Positions 42,973 through 51,319 of a DNA stretch of 52,641 nucleotides are shown one piece after another (the first letter of the stretch is position 1; each line of letters starts with the position of its first letter). The translations under genes and the position numbers were made by a program. Origin of the DNA: Alphaproteobacteria bacterium (GTDB lineage Bacteria; Pseudomonadota; Alphaproteobacteria; JAAXGF01). The stretch is from NCBI GenBank assembly GCA_046758065.1, contig JBHHZM010000002.1, positions 1-52,641 of the forward strand, given 5' to 3'. The notes beneath the pieces were generated by a model. It did not search any database. It worked only from the letters and a program-made list of their open reading frames with translations, and was not told where the DNA came from.

Positions 42973-44652
42973 CTATTCGAGCGCGAAGACGAGCAAGGCG
43001 TCGCCGCGCTTGAAGTTGGTCTGATGCACGCCGCCCGAGGCGACTGCGATGTGCAGCTTGCCGTCGACCTCGAACGCCATCGGCGCAGAGTTGACGCCGG
43101 CGCCCGCCTGGAACTGCCACAGCTGCTCGCCGGTGCGCGCGTTGTAGGCCTTGAACAGGCCGTTGCCCTCGCCGGCGAAAACCACGTCTCCGGCGGTGAC
43201 CAGCGCGCCGCCGATCATCGGCTGCTCGGTCTTCGCCTGCCAGACGATCCAGCCGTTGTCGACGTCGACCGCCGTGACGTTGCCCCACTGCTGCTCGCCG
43301 GGGATGGCGACGAACGCCGATCCCAGCCACAGCCTGCCCTTGGCGTAAGGCGCGTTGTGGGTGATGTAGTCCATCGGCTGGTGCAGGTTGACGTAGTAGA
43401 CCATGCGGGTGTCGGGACTGAACGCCCCCGGCGACCATTCGACCCCGCCGTTGGCGCCCGGCAGCATGCGCGTGCCGGCCTCGGTAGGCTGCGCGAACAG
43501 GTTCTCCTGCGGCACCATCGACGGCGAGCGCCGGATGAGCCGCCCGTCGCGGCGGTCGTGGACGTAGACCCAACCGGTCTTGCCGCCGTGGATTGCGCCG
43601 GGAACCATGTTGCCGTTCTCGTCGGCAACGTCGGCGAGGATCGGCGGCGACACCGCGTCGAGGTCCCAGACGTCGTGCGGGACATACTGATACGCCCATT
43701 TGATCTCGCCGGTCTCGATGTCGAGGGCGAGCAGCGAATCCGACCAGCGGTTGTCGCCGGGCCGCACCGAGCCGTCGAGATCGGGCGACGGGTTGCCGGT
43801 GGTGACGACGACGAGCCCGAGGTCGGGGTCGATCGACGGCGTCATCCACTGCGAGGCGCCGCCGCGCTTCCACGAATCGGCGTACTTGCCCGAGGCGACC
43901 GCCGCCTTCTCGCCGGCGACGTCGCGATGGAGCGGGTTGATGCCGTCGGCCTTGGCGACGTAGACGCCTTCCCAGCCCTTGACGCCGTCGGGCGAGGCCT
44001 CGTCGGGCGCGGGAATCAGGTGGGTGCGCCAGATCAGGTCGCCGGTGTCCTTGTTGTAGGCGCTGACGAAACCGCGGATGCCGTACTCGGCGCCCGAGAT
44101 GCCGAGGATCACCTTGTCCTTGTAGATGACCGGCGCGTGGGTCTCGGAGTAGCCGGCCTCGGGGTCGGCGATCTCGGTTTCCCAGACCAGCTCGCCGCTG
44201 CGCTTGTCGAGCGCGATCAGCATGGCGTCGAGCGTCGCCATGTAGACCAGGTTGCCGGCGATCGCCACGCCGCGGTTGTTCGGTCCGCAGCAGAAAATCG
44301 TGGTGCCGAGCTTGTGCTCGTAGTGCCACAGTTCGCGCCCGGTCGCAGCGTCGATGGCGAAGACGTGGTTGTACGGAGTGGTGATGTACATCACCCCCCG
44401 CTCGACGATCGGCGTGTTCTCGTACGAACCGACGATGCCGCTTTGATGAATCCATTTGAGACGCAGGCCGTCGACGTTGTCGACGTTGATCTGATCGCTC
44501 GGCACGAAACGCATCTGGCCGAGATCGCCGCCGTAGTTGAGCCAGTCGCGGCTCTGGCTGCCGGCGTGCAGGATCTCCTCCCAGCTCGCGGCCGAGGCCG
44601 CGGTCGCCACACCGGCGACGACGCCAGCCAATATCAGGCTCTTTAAAGACAT
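42973..44652 (-). CDS. PQQ-dependent dehydrogenase, methanol/ethanol family (predicted lanthanide-dependent by D-x-D signature)
   Basis: Sec signal ...ATAASA; vicinal disulfide FCCGPNNRG; GISGAEYGIRGF; TTGNPSPD; WDLDAV active-site block; eight-bladed propeller Trp-docking repeats. ATG 44652 follows a GGAGAGGGG RBS. Confidence 0.9.
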   Translation of the reverse strand: MSLKSLILAGVVAGVATAASAASWEEILHAGSQSRDWLNYGGDLGQMRFVPSDQINVDNVDGLRLKWIHQSGIVGSYENTPIVERGVMYITTPYNHVFAIDAATGRELWHYEHKLGTTIFCCGPNNRGVAIAGNLVYMATLDAMLIALDKRSGELVWETEIADPEAGYSETHAPVIYKDKVILGISGAEYGIRGFVSAYNKDTGDLIWRTHLIPAPDEASPDGVKGWEGVYVAKADGINPLHRDVAGEKAAVASGKYADSWKRGGASQWMTPSIDPDLGLVVVTTGNPSPDLDGSVRPGDNRWSDSLLALDIETGEIKWAYQYVPHDVWDLDAVSPPILADVADENGNMVPGAIHGGKTGWVYVHDRRDGRLIRRSPSMVPQENLFAQPTEAGTRMLPGANGGVEWSPGAFSPDTRMVYYVNLHQPMDYITHNAPYAKGRLWLGSAFVAIPGEQQWGNVTAVDVDNGWIVWQAKTEQPMIGGALVTAGDVVFAGEGNGLFKAYNARTGEQLWQFQAGAGVNSAPMAFEVDGKLHIAVASGGVHQTNFKRGDALLVFALE

Positions 44653-44728
44653 TACCCCTCTCCCCATAAGACGATCCTTTCGCGCGCCGGAGCGCGCGGT
44701 CGTCCTTTGTCGTTGGTGAAAGCCGGGC

Positions 44729-44815
44729 TCAGTCGAGCTCGGCGCAGGCGTAGCAGTTGATTTCCATGCCGACGGCGATCTCGACGATCACCGGCTTGGA
44801 CCATACGCGCGACAT
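44729..44815 (-). CDS. pqqA: PQQ precursor peptide PqqA
   Basis: 28-aa peptide MSRVWSKPVIVEIAVGMEINCYACAELD with the W-x-K-P block and the E-x3-Y cross-link motif. It closely resembles the Methylobacterium-type PqqA pattern (..VGMEVTSYESAEID..). GGGAGGA RBS. The longer 68-aa ORF in the track is an upstream extension. Confidence 0.85.
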   Translation of the reverse strand: MSRVWSKPVIVEIAVGMEINCYACAELD

Positions 44816-45565
44816 ACCCCGTCCTCCCGGTTGTTGTATTTGGACACAGGTCAACCACCCCCGGTCGCCGACCTTCGGCGACCGCAAGCGATACCCCCGC
44901 ACCGCTATGTTGCGGCGAATCCGATCGCGAATCAAGTTTCGGGTTGGTCGGGGTGATGTGCGGGAGTTTGGGTCGAGGTTCGACGCACCAAAATCGCACG
45001 GCGGACTCGAACGCCGACTATGGCGATGAAAGCGGTCGTCGTTCGGGCGCGGGCCGTCGTTCCGGCGGCGCCATCACGCCGGCGCCGCAGCGAAGTTCGT
45101 TCCCGGGACGCGCGGCCCCGCCGAGCCCGTCGCCGAAACCGGAACCCTCGCCATGGGTCAGACCTTGCCGTCCAAGATCGGAGCGATCATGGGGTGCGCT
45201 CTGAGGCAAAGCCGAAGAAAATCATCGGAACGTCGGCTCTTCCCCACCTTCCAGACCACTTGGCGCGGCGGTCGGGACAGGAAAAGCTGGCCAAAAACGG
45301 ACCTAGGAATGAAGTTCGGAAGCCCGGGGTTTCCCGAACGGCGTCGTCAGGCGGATTTCCGGTATCCCCGCTGGGCCTCGCGGGTCATTGACTTCTCCGG
45401 GATATCCTCTACATATCCCACATACGTGATGCATTTGTTTTGTGTTACCTAAATAACCGGCACGCCGATTAGCTTAGTTATCCCCTGACAATGCGAGCGT
45501 TAAACCGACCGCGCCGTCACATGGTGTGAGGCGCGGAATCAAGACTCCTGTTAGAGGAAATAACT

Positions 45566-45775
45566 ATGGCTACTGGTACTGTAAAGTGGTTCAACCCGGC
45601 CAAGGGTTTCGGATTCATCGAGCCGGAAGACGGCTCGAAAGACGCTTTCGTCCACATTTCGGCCGTCGAGCGCGCCGGACTGAGTTCGCTTAGCGAAGGG
45701 CAGAAGGTCTCCTATGAGCTTCAGCCCGGACAGAACGGCAAATCTTCCGCCGAGAACCTGTCCATCATCGACTAA
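45566..45775 (+). CDS. cspA: Cold-shock protein (CspA family)
   Basis: [15 protein letters not shown] (RNP1) and DAFVHISAV (RNP2). 69 aa. Confidence 0.97.
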   Translation: MATGTVKWFNPAKGFGFIEPEDGSKDAFVHISAVERAGLSSLSEGQKVSYELQPGQNGKSSAENLSIID

Positions 45776-45787
45776 CCACGCAAGGCA

Positions 45788-45813
45788 CCGCCTCCAACTC
45801 CCGTTGGGGGCGG
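45788..45813 (+). terminator. Possible terminator hairpin after cspA (no U-tract)
   Basis: CCGCCTCCAAC-TCCC-GTTGGGGGCGG, an 11-bp stem with one G-U pair, 13 nt after the stop codon. Confidence 0.3.
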
Positions 45814-46049
45814 CCACCGCTCGCCGTCAGCGACGCGACCTTCAACGATCGCGCGGCGGACCGAAGGAAATGGGCCGACTGATCGGTGGTCATTCCTTCT
45901 GCAACAAAAAAACGACGAACAATAAGATAAACGGCGCGATGCGCCGTGCCGTCGCCGACCTTGCGCACCATGCTGCGAGCAGTCCCGCCTGCGCTCCGGG
46001 ACGAAAATTTCCGCCCGTGACGCCTCGAACCGAAGCAGAGGATTACCAA

Positions 46050-46292
46050 ATGCGGATGTCAGTAAAATCGAGGGCCGAGGAACAGTTCGCCGCAATCCAG
46101 AAGAAGGCCAAGCAGGCCCTGAAGGAAAAGGAAAAAGCGCGGCAGGAGATCGCGGAACGCGTGGCGAGGCTGCGGACCCTCCGCCTCGCCAAAGAGGCGG
46201 CCGACAAGGAAGCCGCCGAGGAGGCCGACGCCGAGAAAGCGGCCGCCAAGACCAAAAAGCCATCGCGTTTGCCCCAGGCTCACCGACACTAA
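46050..46292 (+). CDS. Hypothetical small Lys/Glu/Ala-rich coiled-coil protein (80 aa)
   Basis: In-frame ATG 46050 after an AGAGGA RBS. MRMSVKSRAEEQFAAIQKKAKQALKEKEKARQEIAERVARLRTLRLAKEAADKEAAEE... The upstream part of ORF 45714..46292 overlaps cspA and its hairpin and is discarded. Confidence 0.55.
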   Translation: MRMSVKSRAEEQFAAIQKKAKQALKEKEKARQEIAERVARLRTLRLAKEAADKEAAEEADAEKAAAKTKKPSRLPQAHRH

Positions 46293-46362
46293 TCGTAACG
46301 GCCGCAAAGGCCGCAACGGAACCCGACATCGACGAACCGCAATCGGCATCCGCCTCTACGTG

Positions 46363-46390
46363 GCGCTTCACGAAGCGTTTGTTTCTTCGT
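46363..46390 (+). terminator. Candidate intrinsic terminator
   Basis: Short hairpin CGCTT-CACG-AAGCG followed by TTTGTTTCTT. Confidence 0.4.
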
Positions 46391-46503
46391 CGCCTTCGCG
46401 TTCTACATCCTCCCGGCCCATGCTGTATGACCGCGGGGCGTGAGGCGCCTCCCGCCCGCTCCGGGGGCTACCCGTACGCCGCCGGAGCTCCTATCTTGTT
46501 GGC

Positions 46504-48435
46504 GTGAGCCCCGCGACGCGGCGATTGGCAGTGAGCGAACGCAAGACACCCGAAGCGACGCCGGCGGTCGAACCCGCCCAAGGCCCGGCCGCGACCGGCG
46601 CCGCCGTGATCCAGGCGGCGCTTCCCGGCCTGCCGTCGCGCCCCGGGGTCTACCGCATGATCGCGGCCAAGGGCGAGGCGCTTTACGTCGGCAAGGCCAA
46701 GAACCTGCGCAAGCGGGTCGCGGCCTACGCCAACCCCGGGCGGCTGTCGACCCGCATCGCCCGCATGGTGGCGCGCACCGCCGCGCTCGAGGTCGTCACC
46801 ACCCATACCGAGGCCGAGGCGCTGCTGCTCGAAGCCAACCTCATCAAGCGCCTCAAGCCGCGCTACAACATCCTGCTGCGCGACGACAAGTCGTATCCCT
46901 ACATCCTGCTGCGCCGCGATCACGACTGGCCGCAGCTCGTCAAGCACCGCGGCGCGCGCCGCCGCGAGGGCGAGTATTTCGGCCCCTTCGCCTCGGCCGG
47001 GGCGGTCAATCAGACGCTGATTACGCTGCAGCGGGCGTTTCCCTTGCGCTCGTGTCCCGACAGCGTGTTCGCGAGCCGCACGCGGCCCTGCCTGCAATAC
47101 CAGATCAAGCGCTGCGTCGCGCCCTGCGACGGGCGCATCGACGCTGCCGGATACGCCGCCCTGGTCGAGGACGCCCGCACCTTCCTCGCCGGCCGGAGTC
47201 GCGAGGTGCAGGAGAGGCTTTCGACCCGCATGGAGGCGGCGAGCGAGGCGCTCGATTTCGAGACCGCGGCGGTGTTCCGCGACCGCATCCGGGCGCTTTC
47301 GCAGGTTCAGGCGAACCAGGAGATCAGCGTCGCCGGCGTCGGCGACGCCGACGTCATCGCCATACACCGGGAAGGCGGGCAGGCGTGCGTCGAGGTCTTC
47401 TTCTTCCGAGCCGGACAGAACTACGGCAACCGCGCCTATTTCCCGGTGCGCGCGGGCGCGGCCGACACCGCCGAGGTGCTGGCCGCTTTCGTTGGCCAGT
47501 TCTACGAGAACAAGCGGGCGCCGCGCGCGATACTCGTCAGCCACGCCCTGCCCGAGCAGCCGCTGATCGCCGACGCGCTGTCGCTGCGCGCCGGACGCCG
47601 CGTGCGCATCGTCCGCCCGCAGCGCGGCACGCGCCGCAAGCTGGTCGCGCACGCCGCCGCCAACGCGCGTCTCGCGCTGGCGCGCAAGCTGTCGGAAAGC
47701 GCGGCGCAACGCCGCCTGCTCGAAGCGCTGGCGAAACGGCTCGCGCTCGAAGCGCCGCCGCAACGTATCGAGGTCTACGACAACAGCCACATTTCGGGCC
47801 GCGACGCCGTCGGCTGCATGATCGTCGCCGGACCCGACGGCTTCGTCAGGAACGCCTATCGCAAGTTCAACATCAGGAACGTCGCCGATATCGCGCCGGG
47901 CGACGACTACGCCATGATGCGCGAGGTGCTCGCCCGCCGGTTTTCCCGCCTGCTCAAGGAGGACCACGAGGGCGACCGCGGCGCCTGGCCCGATCTGGTG
48001 ATCCTCGACGGCGGCGCCGGCCAGCTCGGCGTCGCGCTCGAGGTCTTCGCCGATCTGGGGGTCGGCGACGTCGCCGTCGTCGCGGTCGCCAAGGGGCCCG
48101 AGCGCAACGCCGGACGCGAGCGCGTTTTCCTGCCGGGCCGTCCGCCCGTCATGCTCGCGCCCCACGATCCGGTGCTCTATTTCCTTCAGCGGCTGCGCGA
48201 TGAGGCCCACCGTTTCGCCATCGGCAGCCACCGGACGCGGCGCGGCAAGGCGGCCGGACGGTCGAGCCTCGACGCCATCCCGGGAGTCGGCGGCAAGCGC
48301 AAGCGGGCGCTCTTGCATCACTTCGGCTCGGCGCTCGGCGTCGCCCAGGCCGGCCTGCCCGACCTCGAGAAGGTCGCCGGCATCTCGGCCGCCGTGGCCC
48401 GGGCGGTCTACGATCATTTTCACGCCGACGACTAG
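46504..48435 (+). CDS. uvrC: Excinuclease ABC subunit C
   Basis: GIY-YIG N-terminus (GVYRMIAAKGEALYVGKAKNLRKRV), UVR domain, endonuclease V-like and HhH C-terminus. The GTG start is uncertain. Confidence 0.95.
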   Translation: MSPATRRLAVSERKTPEATPAVEPAQGPAATGAAVIQAALPGLPSRPGVYRMIAAKGEALYVGKAKNLRKRVAAYANPGRLSTRIARMVARTAALEVVTTHTEAEALLLEANLIKRLKPRYNILLRDDKSYPYILLRRDHDWPQLVKHRGARRREGEYFGPFASAGAVNQTLITLQRAFPLRSCPDSVFASRTRPCLQYQIKRCVAPCDGRIDAAGYAALVEDARTFLAGRSREVQERLSTRMEAASEALDFETAAVFRDRIRALSQVQANQEISVAGVGDADVIAIHREGGQACVEVFFFRAGQNYGNRAYFPVRAGAADTAEVLAAFVGQFYENKRAPRAILVSHALPEQPLIADALSLRAGRRVRIVRPQRGTRRKLVAHAAANARLALARKLSESAAQRRLLEALAKRLALEAPPQRIEVYDNSHISGRDAVGCMIVAGPDGFVRNAYRKFNIRNVADIAPGDDYAMMREVLARRFSRLLKEDHEGDRGAWPDLVILDGGAGQLGVALEVFADLGVGDVAVVAVAKGPERNAGRERVFLPGRPPVMLAPHDPVLYFLQRLRDEAHRFAIGSHRTRRGKAAGRSSLDAIPGVGGKRKRALLHHFGSALGVAQAGLPDLEKVAGISAAVARAVYDHFHADD

Positions 48436-48522
48436 ACGCAAGATGCGATGAAATAGAACCAATCTCATCACATCTCGCTCTGGCCATGATATAACGCCCC
48501 AGCCCGCGAACGGACCTGCGCC

Positions 48523-49152
48523 ATGCATCTCAACCTGCCCAACCTGTTGACGCTGTCGCGCATCGGCGTGATTCCGCCGTTGGTCGCCCTGTTCTACTGG
48601 GACCATCCGCTGGCCGGCTGGATCGCCTGCGGATTGTTCACGCTGGGCGGGATCACCGATTTCCTCGACGGCTACATCGCGCGCACCCGGGGCCAGCACT
48701 CGCGGCTCGGGAAAATGCTCGACCCGATCGCCGACAAGCTGCTGGTCTCGGCGGCGATCCTGATGCTGGTCGCCAACGACGGCGCGCCGGTGCTCGCCGC
48801 CCTCGTCATCCTGTGCCGCGAGCTTCTGGTTTCCGGCCTGCGCGAGTTCCTCGCCGAACTCCGGGTCAGCGTCCCGGTAAGCCGGCTCGCCAAGTGGAAG
48901 ACGACGATCCAGATGGTCGCCATCGGGGTCCTGCTGGTCGGCGACGCGGGACCGACCTTCTTCACCGGGGCCCTGACGACCACCCTGGTCGGCGACATCC
49001 TGATGTGGCTCGCCGCCGGACTCACGCTGGTCACGGGCTTCGATTACCTGCGGGCCGGGCTCAAGCACATGAACGCGCCGGCGTCGCAGGAAACGGATCA
49101 CGAAAAGCCGCAGGCGTCGGTTCGCCCCGCAGGGTCGGCGTCGGCCGGATAA
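48523..49152 (+). CDS. pgsA: CDP-diacylglycerol--glycerol-3-phosphate 3-phosphatidyltransferase
   Basis: CDP-alcohol phosphatidyltransferase motif DFLDGYIAR...GKMLDPIADKL. Confidence 0.93.
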   Translation: MHLNLPNLLTLSRIGVIPPLVALFYWDHPLAGWIACGLFTLGGITDFLDGYIARTRGQHSRLGKMLDPIADKLLVSAAILMLVANDGAPVLAALVILCRELLVSGLREFLAELRVSVPVSRLAKWKTTIQMVAIGVLLVGDAGPTFFTGALTTTLVGDILMWLAAGLTLVTGFDYLRAGLKHMNAPASQETDHEKPQASVRPAGSASAG

Positions 49153-49171
49153 CGGGCCCTGCGAGACGCCG

Positions 49172-49690
49172 ATGAACGGGCAGGCGATGCGCATCTTCGG
49201 ATTGGCGGGCTGGAGCGGCAGCGGCAAGACCACGCTGCTGTGCCGGCTGCTGCCCGAGCTCACCGGGCGCGGGCTCAGGGTCTCGACCGTCAAGCACGTC
49301 CATCACACCGTCGACATCGACCGCCCGGGCAAGGACAGCTTCCGCCACCGCGACGCCGGCGCGACCGAGGTGATGATCGGCTCGGCCAAGCGCTGGGCGC
49401 TGCTGCACGAGTATCGCGGCGAGCCCGAGCCGACGATCGACGAACTGCTCGCGCACATGACCCCGGTCGATCTGCTGATCATCGAAGGCTTCAAGCGCGA
49501 CGCGCATCCCAAGATCGAGGTCCACCGCCCGGTCCTCGGCAAGACGCTGCTCTGCCGCGACGACCCCCACATCGTCGCGGTGGCGAGCGACGCGCCGCTC
49601 GACGGCCTGCATCTGCCCGTGCTCAACCTCAACGATCCGCCCGCCATCGCCGGCTTCATCGTCGGGCATTGCGGGCTCGAGGCGCGCTGA
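49172..49690 (+). CDS. mobB: Molybdopterin-guanine dinucleotide biosynthesis adaptor MobB
   Basis: IFGLAGWSGSGKTTLL P-loop and KHVHH motif. An alternative start is ATG 49187. Confidence 0.9.
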   Translation: MNGQAMRIFGLAGWSGSGKTTLLCRLLPELTGRGLRVSTVKHVHHTVDIDRPGKDSFRHRDAGATEVMIGSAKRWALLHEYRGEPEPTIDELLAHMTPVDLLIIEGFKRDAHPKIEVHRPVLGKTLLCRDDPHIVAVASDAPLDGLHLPVLNLNDPPAIAGFIVGHCGLEAR

Positions 49691-49693
49691 ACG

Positions 49694-50950
49694 ATGCCCC
49701 AGCTTTCCGATGACTGCTTCGCCCACGGCGGTCCGCTGATGACCACGGCGGAGGCGCTCGAGCGCATCGCCGCGCTTGCCGTCACGGTGACCGAGGCCGA
49801 GACGGCGCCGCTGCGCCGGGCTTCGGGGCGCATCCTCGCCGAGGACGTCGTCGCGCCCTTCGACGTGCCGCCGCACGACAACGCGGCGGTCGACGGCTAC
49901 GCCGTGTTCTTCGACGATCTCGACCCCGACGGCGAAACCCGCCTGCCGGTGACGGGACGGATCGCCGCCGGCCATCCGCTCGACCGCCCGATGGCGCGCG
50001 GCGAGGCGCTGCGCGTCTTCACCGGCGCGCCTATGCCCAAGGGCCCCGACACGGTGATGATGCAGGAGGACTGCCGCGCGGACGGCGACGAGGTGGTGAT
50101 CATGCCCGGCATCCGCCGCGGCGCCAACCGCCGCGACGCCGGCGAGGACATCGCGAAGGGCAGCGTCATCCTCGAACGCGGCCGCCGGCTGCGGCCGCAG
50201 GACCTCGGGCTCGCCGCCTCGGTCGGACGCAGCGCGCTCGCGGTCTACCGGCCGCTCCGGGTGGCGGTCTTCTCGACCGGCGACGAGGTGCGCGAGCCCG
50301 GCGCGGCGCTCGACGAGGGCGCGATCTACGACGCCAACCGCTACGTCCTGACCGCGCTGCTCGAAGCCCAGGGCGCCGCGGTCACCGACCTCGGCATCCT
50401 GCCCGACGATGTCGAAACCGTGCGCGCCGCGCTCGCCGGGGCGGCGCGGGATCACGATGTGCTGTTTACCTCGGGCGGGGTCTCGGTCGGCGAGGAGGAT
50501 CACGTCAAGGCCGCGGTCGAGGCGCTCGGGCGGCTGCACTTCTGGCGTCTGGCGATCCGGCCCGGCCGGCCGCTGGCGCTGGGTCAGGTGGGCGCGACGC
50601 CGTTCGTCGGCCTGCCCGGCAACCCGGTGGCGGCGATGGTCACCTTCCTGCGCATCGCCCGGCCGCTGGTCCTCAGGCTCTCGGGCTGCCGCGAGGTGAC
50701 GCCGCACCTCTTCCGGGTGCGCGCCGACTTCGACTACAAGAAGAAGAAAAACCGCCGCGAATGGCTGCGCGCCCGTCTGGTGGCGCGCGCCGACGGCAGT
50801 CTCGCCGCCGAGAAGTTTCCGCGCGGCGGCGCCGGCATCCTGTCGTCGCTGGTCGCCGCCGACGGCCTGATTGAACTGCCCGAGGAGATGACCCAATTGA
50901 CAAGCGGGACGATGGTCGATTTCCTGCCCTTCAGCGAGGTGAGCCGATGA
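49694..50950 (+). CDS. moeA: Molybdopterin molybdenumtransferase MoeA
   Basis: 418 aa; PFDVPPHDNAAVDGYAV, TSGGVSVGEEDHV, GLPGNPVAAMV. Confidence 0.93.
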   Translation: MPQLSDDCFAHGGPLMTTAEALERIAALAVTVTEAETAPLRRASGRILAEDVVAPFDVPPHDNAAVDGYAVFFDDLDPDGETRLPVTGRIAAGHPLDRPMARGEALRVFTGAPMPKGPDTVMMQEDCRADGDEVVIMPGIRRGANRRDAGEDIAKGSVILERGRRLRPQDLGLAASVGRSALAVYRPLRVAVFSTGDEVREPGAALDEGAIYDANRYVLTALLEAQGAAVTDLGILPDDVETVRAALAGAARDHDVLFTSGGVSVGEEDHVKAAVEALGRLHFWRLAIRPGRPLALGQVGATPFVGLPGNPVAAMVTFLRIARPLVLRLSGCREVTPHLFRVRADFDYKKKKNRREWLRARLVARADGSLAAEKFPRGGAGILSSLVAADGLIELPEEMTQLTSGTMVDFLPFSEVSR

Positions 50951-51198
50951 AGATCCGCTATTTCGCCTGGCTCAGGACCAAGGTGGGCACCGACTCGGAA
51001 GAGGTGACGCCGCCCGCCGAGGTGCGCGACGTCGGCGGCCTGATCGACTGGCTCAAGGGGCGCGGCGACGGCTACGCCGACGCCCTGGCGCGGCCCGAAC
51101 TGGTGCGCGTCGCGGTCAACCGGGAATACGTCGGCCCCGACCACGCCGTCGGACCGGGCGACGAGGTCGCGCTGTTTCCCCCGGTGACCGGGGGGTGA
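50947..51198 (+). CDS. moaD: Molybdopterin synthase sulfur-carrier subunit MoaD
   Basis: 83-aa ubiquitin-fold protein ending in ...FPPVTGG (C-terminal Gly-Gly). ATGA overlap with moeA. Confidence 0.9.
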   Translation: MKIRYFAWLRTKVGTDSEEVTPPAEVRDVGGLIDWLKGRGDGYADALARPELVRVAVNREYVGPDHAVGPGDEVALFPPVTGG

Positions 51199-51200
51199 TA

Positions 51201-51237
51201 CCAGCCAGCAAAACGACCGGGTCGCTTTGCTGGCTGG
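51201..51237 (+). other. Perfect 12-bp stem-loop in the moaD-moaE spacer
   Basis: CCAGCCAGCAAA-N13-TTTGCTGGCTGG, read directly. Confidence 0.6.
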
Positions 51238-51319
51238 AGCCAGCGACTGCCGGCCGCCGACCGTTCGGCGAAAGCCAAGCGGGGGTACGTCCGCGCCCGG
51301 CGACTGAGGGCCAATTAAA

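Noticed and set aside
44729-44935. 68-aa ORF containing pqqA, and the 115-aa ORF 44652..44999.
   Set aside because: Only the last 28 codons resemble PqqA, and these have their own GGGAGGA RBS. The N-terminal extension and the overlapping ORF are Arg-rich with no support.
51199-51319. Possible Moco riboswitch between moaD and moaE.
   Set aside because: I could not find the conserved Moco-motif blocks as I recall them (for example the CCUCCGAG-like core or the terminal GGAAAGG-like segment), and the location inside the operon is atypical. Kept only as an unexplained structured spacer.
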